Assembly (NCBI GenBank): GCA_964016885.1
Contig: OZ024741.1
Location: forward strand, 62,496,001 to 62,560,000
Origin: Eledone cirrhosa
Lineage: Eukaryota
DNA length: 64,000 nt
Direction of reading: 5' to 3'
Positions 54,382 to 64,000 of this stretch are shown piece after piece. Under the pieces are notes generated by a model. That model was not told the DNA's origin and ran no database searches. It saw only the letters and a list, made by a program, of their open reading frames with translations. How positions within the stretch are numbered: position 1 is the first letter of the stretch; each line of letters begins with the position of its first letter. The translations under genes and the position numbers were made by a program.

Positions 54382-54631
54382 GTCTATAGAATCACCAGAT
54401 AAAATATATATCGTTTCCTCTCCCAATTAGCATAATTAACCATATAAAAAATCAATCAGACCAGGCTATAAGAATAAAGGCTCCTATGAAGAAATCTCCA
54501 ACAAATAACCGAAAGCAACCCCTTCGCGGTGGTTAGGACGGATCATTTACCGGACATTTCGACAGCATGTATAAATCGACCAGATATACAGTCAACCAAA
54601 CATAATTAGGTGTAAAATAAACTTGGAAGAA

Positions 54632-54706
<75 letters not shown>

Positions 54707-55009
54707 TGGGGGGTGTATCCATGTGTGCGTGTATAAGTGCATGCGTGCGTGCATGTATGTGTGTGTAAATGTGTGTGTGTGTGCGTACGTGTGTGTAAAT
54801 TTACTCTTTGGTTATGCTTCGCAACGTAGTTATCTATTAAACAGATATCAATAAAATAAATACCAGATTTGAACAAAATATTTACCGAGGAGGATATTAT
54901 ATACTGCTAAATACTTCAATCGTGCCCCAGCGTAGTCTGATAACTGAAACCACTAAATGAAGGAAAGAATAAAAGTGTGTGTGTGTGTGTGAACGTATTG
55001 GGGTGCAGC

Positions 55010-55315
55010 TCTTCGGTTAGTTTCAAGAAGGGTTGTTCCAGTTGATGCGATCAATGAAACAGCTTGAACATGTAATTAACGTGCAAACGGCTGAGCAGTC
55101 CAGAGATACATGTACTTTTAACAGAATCATCAGGGATACTCAGTCGTAAGGCTGACCCATTGAATCACGGGTACAGCTAATTTTTCACCAGCAGAGTAGA
55201 CTGAGGCAACGTGAAATAAATTGCCTTACTCAAGGAAACAACGTGCCCCAGGAATCGAACTCACAACCTTACGATTATGAGCCGAGCACGCTAACCCCTA
55301 AGCCACGCGCCTTCA
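55010..55315 (-). mobile_element. tRNA-derived SINE, family S2 (CORE-like)
   Basis: gcgtggcttaggggttag..gagttcgattcc..tgtttccttgagtaaggcaattta. Relatives lie near 44350, 50000, 56600, 57500 and 59300. Confidence 0.8.
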
Positions 55316-55343
55316 AAAAAAGAATAAGAGAACATATATTTAC

Positions 55344-56471
55344 CTATGAGATATCCTCCAGCTAGAATGCCGAGTCCTATTGAGGTTTCTCCAAAACCAA
55401 TTGCTATTGCGAAACAATCAATATCGAAATAATCTAGGACGGTTACAAAATACAGAGAGAAACCGATGCCAGTTGTGAACATTATTAAAAATGTTAATAT
55501 AATCAGATTGGTGGCAGTAGACATTAAAGGATACAGACAGATCAATATCCCGCTAATAATAAATGCGATAGAAAATATGATCCTATTCGGGATTATTTTT
55601 TTATGTACCAACCAACTGCCCACCAAACAAGCTAGAGCGTATCCCAAGGACCCTATTGAAAATACCTTAGCACTTTCAGCACGACTAAGTCCTTGTTGCA
55701 CGGAATAATCAGGAAGAATAGTAAACGATGTTGCAACACAACCGTATAGTAGACAAAGTGTGAAGAGGAACGAACTAAATTGACAGTTTGTTAAAACAGA
55801 GGTAAGTCTTGCTGAAAATTTTGGATTAGATTTTTCTGTCGTTTGAACAGCTTTGTTATTTTCAGAGTCAATTACTTCTTTCACATCAGATTTCACTGAA
55901 CTTATTATAGATATTTCTTCGAAATTTGACGATTCAGTTCTACTTCGTTGGTGTAATGTGCTACAAGTAACATATGTTGATTCCTCGTCACTTTGAAACA
56001 CTTCATTTATTTTCTCATTAAAAAGTTCATAGCTTGTATTTTCATCTCCTTCCTGATTCAACAGTACACTTTTCTTTTTACTTCCTTCTAGTTTGTTAGG
56101 TGCGGTTTTATCATCAAAATGGTTGCCGTCTTGAAATGATTCCTCAGAGAGGTTTGCAGATGATTTATTTAAATCTTGCTGGTCACTAGTGCCACGGTTG
56201 GTGTTCAAATCTTCCTCTGCTATGGTAGGTTTATACATATCCGTAGAGTACATGACAGCACAAGGTAGAGTTTGTATGAAAGTAGCGGCAAGAAGGAGAA
56301 GACTTCCTCGCCAGAACATGATTTCAATAAAATAATTAGTTAGTATAGGAAAAATTATGAAGCCAATAGCTTTCCCGGTCGTTGTAAATGCAATAAACTT
56401 ACGACTTTCATCACCGAAATAAGATGTTAATCCATTACTTGCTGATAGATGGAGAAAGGAACAACCAAATC
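55344..56471 (-). CDS. SLC16-like MFS transporter, large exon (TM4-TM11 with long central loop)
   Basis: AG/GT bounded, phase 1-1, 1128 bp. Reads GFG..SYFGDESR..TGKAIG..FP..FWRGSLLL..LPDYS..G..GGYLIG. Confidence 0.9.
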
Positions 56472-57762
56472 CTATTAGAATAGAAAATAGAGGATAAAGA
56501 AAGATTTCTTGATATAAGTTATTTTTTGTAGTAAAAGAGCATGTCTTAGTGGTTAGGATGGGTATTCAGTTCCCGAATATAAGTTTGCGTGTGCGATTCC
56601 CAGCGGCGCGTTGTGTCTTTAAGCAAAACACTTTATTTCACATGGCTCTAGTACTCTCAGTTCGGAAAAATAAGTTGTACCTGAAATTCAAAGATCTAGG
56701 TTTGTCACATACGACATCTCACCAAATCTCACAGAAAGTTACATTAAGTGTACATGTTTCTGTGCAATATACCGTCACATTCCTTCATTTTATGAGCAGG
56801 CTGTTCCGTTGGTGGAATCAACCGGACCACTTGTCGTTGGAACCAACGGATGTCCAATAACAACATAAGTTACAGGTGAGATAACATAGGAAATAATTTA
56901 GTGTATTTACTATTCCAAGAGAGAAGAGCAATGCTTATGATACATTTTCAAGGCCTCCAGGATTGGTGGGAGAAAAGGTGGGACGTATTCTAAAACCAGA
57001 AACTAAGTCCGAATTCTTGCAACAGATTGGACTCCGCTAATGACAGTCAAAGGTAAATCGATGGATTTAAACCAAGCGATGGATTATGTCTATTACACAT
57101 GTAGACCACAGCGGAATTTGAACGTAGAGCACTGTATTAATACCAGAAGGCATCATATCCAACCCTCTAACAATACCATCAATTCACCAACTTCGACTGA
57201 TACTTTAGTTTTATCGAATATATTTTATTTCGACTGGATATGAACTCAGATCACAAAAAAAAAAATACTGCAACGTAAATACTCTTATACTGTAAATATC
57301 ATGTGTTAAACCACTCTCAGAATATCGACGAGTGTTCTAGTTGTTTTACCAAAGAAACAGTCTGCTTGAGAATTTAATGTGCAAGTTTACGACAGGGAGA
57401 ACTCTTTGAATTGAATGTAGAATTAACTTTGGCCAGCCGAGTATACTGGGGTAACGTGTGATAGAGTGTCTTCCTCAAGGATAAAGCGAGATGTACGACA
57501 TACGAAACGAACTCACAATCTTACACTCGTCAACCAATGACCCAAGCCACTAAACCACACACCTTCACTCCTAATCAGGTAAAATAATTATCTTTAATAT
57601 AGTGATATATCCAGAAGTTTTGGGGAAGGTTACAGTCATTTAAATCGAGCCCAGTCCTTAACTGGTACTTTATTTTGTCGACTTCAGGAAAATAGAGGCA
57701 AAGTTGATGTACGTGGGATTTGAAATCAGAATAAACCAGATGAAATAATAAATAACACTTAC

Positions 57763-57906
57763 CAGGTAAAATACTGAAACATCCCAATAACACATAAATG
57801 CTGGATGAGAATGATGGTGCACCTACTGAAATGGTAAGCAAAAGACTTCCCAGGATTCCAGTGATTCGAACTCCAGATTTAGACAGGAACATTCCAGTGA
57901 TGAAAC
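57763..57906 (-). CDS. SLC16-like transporter, 144-bp exon
   Basis: AG/GT bounded, phase 1-1. GFITGMFLSKSGVRITGILG corresponds to MFS motif A. Confidence 0.9.
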
Positions 57907-58609
57907 CTGTATACAAATAGGATACGAAAAAAATATTCCTTAGTAATTAATCAATCAATGGTCAATGAATCGATTAGCAGTTTTAGCCACAGAGGGAACC
58001 ACAGTGCTCATGACACTGTGAGAGAGGCAGAGAGCAATGTATTCTTAAACCAGAAATCTGGTTTAAATTCTTAAAACAGGATGATGGTGTTAAACCGGTT
58101 AAAAAGTAGATTCCGCCAAAAACACTCAATAGCACGATGGTTGTCTTAAACTGAGCAACATAATGGACTCCACTAAATACACCCACTGGAGAGGTGGTTT
58201 GGTTAAACCAGGATATTGAATATGTATACCATCCATGTAGATTACAGCGAGAGGTGTACATAGTACACAGTGAACGAGAAAAAATAATGCAAACATCACA
58301 AACGACCATCTAACAATTCCACCATCCTGAACTAGCTCTTTATTTTTTCAAATTGATGGACATTGACTTCAATTGGATTTGAATTCAAACTACAGGGTGC
58401 AAAAGCTGCATCACATTTTGTTTGAGGCTCTAAAACGAACTGTAATGGTAGAGTCGTTAGCAAGTTGGACAGAATGCTTTAATATATATGTATTGCGGCC
58501 CTCTGGTGTCTGATTTCAACTCGCAACAAGTTCAACTTAGATTCCGTCCTTTTGAGGTTCGGATAAATAAAGTGCTACTTTAATACTAGGGTTGAGTCTT
58601 CGTATCTCT

Positions 58610-58677
<68 letters not shown>

Positions 58678-59416
58678 CTTCTACTGTTGACTTTTTGACT
58701 TATTATTGCTCTGGATAATGTCTATTGGACTAATTTATTGAGAAGCATATAATTGTAACATATTCAATACGATATATATGAATACATATAAATATATATA
58801 TATCATGATATATCGGAGAGCTTGGGTGATTTGAAATGTGGGAATCCAAAGATACAGAATAACTGTAAGAAAAGTCAAATGCTATAGAAATGGGGTAAAA
58901 ATACCGACTGGGATGGAAAATGGCACCAGCAGCCGCTACGGAGCTCTACTGGCCACTTTTTTCCTGCCCCTAAGGGTATATATATATATAGATGTGTGTG
59001 TCTTTGTGTGTGCTTATGTCACATAGCCACACAGTTCAACAAAAGCAAGATCGATAAAATAAGCACTGGAGTCCATGTGATCGACTAAATCTTTTGATCC
59101 AGCTGTAGTCCAAACAAGAAGGTTCGATCAACAAGATCCCAGACATCATTCGCTTACCGAATGGGGTGGAATTCGTCAAATCCGACCAAGGAAACAATGT
59201 TTCAATTGGTCTTTCCATTTTAGATACTATCTACCGTTTGTAACTCCTGGCAGATAGAGCAACGTGAAACAAAGTGTCTTGCTCAAGGACATAATGCATC
59301 ACCTGGTCCGGGAATCAAACTGGCAACCTTATAATTACGAATCCAACACTCTAACCATTAAGCAACGCGACTTGACTAAACTAGTAAAAGAATAAAATAT
59401 TAATAGGTGTGCTTAC

Positions 59417-59616
59417 CCACGATACCGAACAAACCGGAAGGTAAGAAAATCACCAGAAACACAAGATTATGAGAATCTGGGAATGCATTCTTGAATTCTA
59501 CGAGGTAAATTGGTAGAACAGCCGTGAAGCCGAATACCAACATGTTGGTAATGAATACAGAAACCACGACAAATGTAGCGACGATCGTCTGCTTCAGTGA
59601 ATGTTCCCGCGGGTTT
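59417..59616 (-). CDS. SLC16-like transporter, TM1-TM2 exon
   Basis: Polypyrimidine tract plus AG, gtaag donor, phase 2-1. Reads NPREHSLKQTIVATFVVVSVFITNMLVFGFTAVLPIYLVEFKNAF..SGLFGIVG. Confidence 0.85.
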
Positions 59617-59712
59617 CTAGAAAGAAGAGAGGAACAATGAATACAATATGTTTAGGAATTACGAAGGGAAATATATATTTTAATGTGAAACATATAACGA
59701 TGTATATATATA

Positions 59713-59802
<90 letters not shown>

Positions 59803-59911
59803 TTATATATATATATAGTGAAATATATTTCTTTAATGAAATATATACAAGGAAGATTAATCCTTTTTAAAAGGTAATATTTGAAGTTCTAGTTAAACTT
59901 TAATTAGTTAC

Positions 59912-59967
59912 CTACCTAGCTGTGTGTGCTTACACATTTTACAAATTATCCCCTGTGATTGTTTCAT
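59912..59967 (-). CDS. Candidate first coding exon of the transporter
   Basis: ATG..MKQSQGIICKMCKHTQLG-AG|gtaact in phase 2, compatible with the next exon. No homology support. Confidence 0.35.
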
Positions 59968-60126
59968 GTGTTTATTTTAAATATATATATATGTCAATCA
60001 ATTTCTAGTTGATATAAAATGCTCGGATCTATTCTTTGGAATCTTTGAGCTTATTCTACGGTGGATATGGGGCATGTCTCGGACATGACGCTTAATTTAA
60101 TTTAATTTAATTTTGAATATATATAT

Positions 60127-60710
60127 TATAACCGAACATTATAATAAATGTTCGGTAAACCCATACGTACATATATATATGTGTACATGTATGCATGTAT
60201 ATACATACTACTGTACGTCTGTATACATATATGTATGTACGTATACATACTTATATTTAAGTATCAGCCGTACTAAGAGTGAGAAATGAAATTTCATTTT
60301 TTTTCTATTTATCGTTTTCGGTACGCCCGGCCGACTAGCTCACTCGATATGCAAATTAGGCTGCTCAGCCGTTAATATGCATAAGGAAAGTATATACTTT
60401 TAGACATTCAATCGATTGACAGGAACGTATACAGTGCTGATGACAGCTAAGAAGCTAGAAACTAGTTCATCGTTCCTTTGTCAGTGTTAAACAAAAAGGC
60501 AACGATGGTTGCCGAACACTGTACGGCTTAATTCGGGCTGTTTGTTTACAAACAAACCGAACATTATAATAAATGTTCGGTAAACCCATACGTGCATATA
60601 TATATATATACATACTACTGTACGTCTGTATAGATATATGTATGTACGTATACATACTTATATTTATGTATCAGCCGTACTAAGAGTGAGAAATGAAATT
60701 TCATATTTTT

Positions 60711-60712
<2 letters not shown>
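60127..60712 (+). mobile_element. Family A, third locus; HHR at 60431-60473
   Basis: acagtg-CTGATGA-cagctaagaagcta-GAAA-ctag-TT-catcgt, in a partial tandem with period about 420. Confidence 0.85.
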
Positions 60713-60784
<72 letters not shown>

Positions 60785-61631
60785 GAATGTAGTTTGATTG
60801 AAGCATTATGTATAATAATAATTATTATTATTATAAATACCAGGTAACGCAGTGTGTGTGTGTGTGTGTATGTGTGTGTTTGTTTTTGTGTGTAATATGT
60901 TCAAGTATATAGAGTTGCAGCATGTTGTCAGGGTCGATAAAATAAAGTACCAGTAATCCACTGGTTAATGTGCTGGCCTTGTGCTAAAAGTAGAAACGAT
61001 TATTATTGTTATCATTACTTGAGTTCAAATCCCGCCGAGGTTAGCTTTGCCTTTCCTCCTTAAGAGGTCGATAAAATAAAGAACCAGTCACGCACTGGGG
61101 CTGATTTAATCAACTTTTCCCTACCCCAAAATTGCTGGCCTTGTGCCTATATAAGAAACCATTATTACTGAAAATAGAAAGTAGTTTGACTGAAGGTAAA
61201 AATAAGTCATGGGAGGTAACCCACAAGATGAGACAATGCGAGTATTTGTTGCTCACACACAAATAATACAAACAAACACACACACACACACACACAAACA
61301 CACTTTACATAGTCATTAATGACTGATTACTCTGTGAATACACAGACGCAACTCCGTGTCCTTAATTTACTATACAGAATATACGAACTCCGTCTCGTTC
61401 CTTCACAATCGCCGGTCCTGACGATATATATATATATATAAATGTAGAAGTTCTATTTAAATTGTTGGGATACAACAAGCAAATATTTTTATAACTGATA
61501 TAAAGCACTCAACAAATTATTGGAGTAAAAATACGATATATTAACAAATGGAAACTATATTTATAAAACCATATTTATTTCATTTACCAAAATATGGTTT
61601 TATAAATATAGTTTCCATATGTTAATATATC

Positions 61632-61698
<67 letters not shown>

Positions 61699-61802
61699 TA
61701 TTGAAGTTTCCGTTGAAAATTGAAAAAGTCGTAGGAGTGAAGAGTGCTCTATGTAAGTTACAGAGCTAAATTTAATGTATAATAAACAATAAAATATAAT
61801 TA

Positions 61803-61870
61803 CCTCATTACCAGAGGTTTCCCGAATAAGACGAATACAAGAAACGTCCTCATTCGTTCGTCAGACAAGG
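61803..61870 (-). ncRNA. Type I hammerhead, canonical core, long stem II
   Basis: ccttgt-CTGACGA-a-cgaatgaggacg..cgtcttattcg-g-GAAA-cc-tct-gg-TA-atgagg. Confidence 0.82.
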
Positions 61871-61909
61871 CAATTTAAAACATGTTTTAAATTGCCTTGT
61901 CTGACGAAC

Positions 61910-62295
61910 GTGATCAAATATATTTTATTATACATATTTCAGAGATACTGATCTATTTCAACAGTACGTCCTCATCAGATAAAATAAGTTGATACCTGAC
62001 ATACCTTGACTATGTTGATGGTTATAATTCAGTCATGGTAGTGACTGGATTATAACCATCAACATAGTCAAGGTAGGTCAGGCATCAACTTATTTTATCT
62101 GATGAGGACGTACTGTTGAAATAGATCAGTATCTCTGAAATATGTATAATAAAATATATTTGATCACATGAATGTCTATATTTATTAATATTTTGAAGTA
62201 ATATTAATAACTCCAGAAAACCTGCTGTAGAATGCTTCTAATCTATTGTGAAAATTTATTCATTGATTAATTCATTGAACCTTGTTAAACTTTTA

Positions 62296-62298
<3 letters not shown>
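61910..62298 (+). mobile_element. Fold-back PLE 3'-end remnant
   Basis: Arms at 61910-62035 and 62042-62167. The right arm carries an extra tail. Confidence 0.85.
62091..62156 (+). ncRNA. Type I hammerhead (mirror at 61921-61986, minus)
   Basis: tattttat-CTGATGA-ggacgtactg..cagtatctct-GAAA-tatgta-TA-ataaaata. Confidence 0.82.
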
Positions 62299-62359
<61 letters not shown>

Positions 62360-62362
<3 letters not shown>

Positions 62363-62777
62363 ATAATAATAAATTTGAAGACTAAAATCCAAAGAGGGCT
62401 CGATAAGGATAAATATATATCAAATATATAAGAACCGTAGAGCAAATATTTATTAAAATAACAGATTAAAGTTTAAGCAAAGAATCGCTGCTTTCACCCT
62501 TAACGGGATCTTCTGTACCATAAACGTGGTTTTGTCTTTGCGTGTAATTGTTTTTCACCGCTCCAAATAATGACGTATTATATTCGTGTTTTCCCGTTCT
62601 TTGCCAGGGAACGTTTCCACGAACCAAAGTATTGTCTTCCTGTCTTCCTCCGATTGCAACTTTTTTTGAAATATTCACTTCTACGTTCACAGATTGACTT
62701 TGTTAGTTTCAGAAGATCCCGTTAAGGGTGAAAGCAGCGATTCTTTGCTTAAACTTTAATCTGTTATTTTAATAAAT
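62360..62777. mobile_element. Family C, longest fold-back copy
   Basis: Arms at about 62446-62515 and 62710-62779. The left side carries the full tail. Confidence 0.88.
62690..62763 (+). ncRNA. Hammerhead-like fold with U4A core (family C)
   Basis: cagattga..agttt-CAGAAGA-t-ccc-gttaa-ggg-t-GAAA-gcag-cgattct-ttgc-TT-aaact-ttaatctg. Confidence 0.7.
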
Positions 62778-62792
62778 ATATATATATATATA

Positions 62793-63221
62793 TACAATAT
62801 ATTAACAAATGGAAACTATATTTATAAAACCATATTTATTTCATTATACATATTTCAAGGGCCACCAGAGCAAACTATGGTGCGCTTTCATCAGATAAAA
62901 TATAATATAAGTTAGTTTTATAAATAAATATTGACATACCCTTAAAAAATGCAACTATTCTGGTTGGAATTTCCTGGAATGGTTGCATTTTTTAAGGGTA
63001 TGTCAATATTTATTTATAAAACTAACCTATATTATATTTTATCTGATGAAAGCGCACCATAGTTTGCTCTGGTGGCCCTTGAAATATGTATAATGAAATA
63101 AATATGGTTTTATAAATATAGTTTCCATTTGTTAATATATTGTATAATAATTTGTTGAGTGCTTTATATCAGTTATAAAAATATTTTGCCTGTTGTATCA
63201 CAACAAATTAAATATAACCTC

Positions 63222-63225
<4 letters not shown>
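62793..63225 (+). mobile_element. Fold-back PLE 3'-end remnant (relative at 61440-61635)
   Basis: Arms at about 62793-62960 and 62976-63146. The right arm carries an extra tail. Confidence 0.85.
63035..63100 (+). ncRNA. Type I hammerhead (mirror near 62840-62905, minus)
   Basis: tattttat-CTGATGA-aag..cacca..tggtg..ctt-GAAA-tatgta-TA-atgaaata. Confidence 0.82.
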
Positions 63226-63263
<38 letters not shown>

Positions 63264-63440
63264 GCTTTCACAATATATAAACAACGATTCAGTTATCGAA
63301 CCATCCGGAATTTTATAATAGATTGAAGTGAAAACCAAACAGGTGCGTGTGTTTTTATTGCCAACATGACCCTCCCAAAGTATAACAATATATACATATA
63401 TATACACACACACACATATATATATATACATATATATATA

Positions 63441-63510
<70 letters not shown>

Positions 63511-63523
63511 CACACAGAGAAAG

Positions 63524-63558
<35 letters not shown>

Positions 63559-63587
63559 GTGTGTGGGAAGGGGTTTGGTGGTGTGTG

Positions 63588-63684
63588 TGTGTCCCAAAAA
63601 TGTATACATACATCAACAGCATTCTAATAAATATTTCCTGTACATCTAATCAAAGTGTGTATACATTTTGGGGGGGACATCCTG
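63588..63684. mobile_element. Second copy of the mariner-type MITE
   Basis: Homologous to 43455-43553. Confidence 0.8.
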
Positions 63685-63699
63685 TGTATATATATATGT

Positions 63700-63762
<63 letters not shown>

Positions 63763-64000
63763 GGATGAACATCGGGTATCGAAGCCAGTTGCCCAATATA
63801 GGTTTGTTATTTTTATTGATGTATTACTATCAAGACAGGCAAACCATATTGTTTTAAATTACTATTTTTTCAACCTAGATAACTTGGTCATTTACAATTG
63901 GAACACATGTATACTTGTAACGGTGTTTATCCCTCTCATATATTCAATCGTATTACACGGCTCGGAAAGATTCCCTTGCTTGAGCTATTTAATTGTAAAA

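Noticed and set aside
55291-55343. C-terminal KYMFSYSFFEGAWLRG of the 342-aa ORF
   Set aside because: It is read-through past the splice donor into intron and SINE sequence.
61801-61810. ATG-AG|gtaatt as first exon of the transporter
   Set aside because: It lies inside a hammerhead-bearing repeat.

Overview
Repeat-rich animal genomic DNA. Its dense (TA)n/(CA)n/(GA)n microsatellites and tRNA-derived SINEs suggest a cephalopod such as Octopus (inference). The only host gene I can support is a divergent, intron-containing SLC16/monocarboxylate-transporter-like MFS gene on the minus strand (about 49.8-60.0 kb). The rest is mostly retroelements lying in (TA)n tracts: four large Penelope-like elements (PLEs; RT plus C-terminal GIY-YIG), several small PLE remnants, a Tx1/L1-like LINE, an RTE-like 5'UTR remnant, SINEs, a non-autonomous Helitron and mariner-type MITEs. 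The main pattern is that most islands between (TA)n tracts are non-coding fold-back or partial-tandem elements carrying a type I hammerhead ribozyme (HHR) motif. By eye I find about 20 motifs in at least 12 unrelated sequence families. Two families have tandem HHRs 518 and 539 nt apart, like retrozymes. Several families have non-canonical cores (U4A, U4C) or very long stem II helices, and some HHRs lie in sense orientation in an intron of the transporter gene. All folds were read manually; no search or folding program was run.
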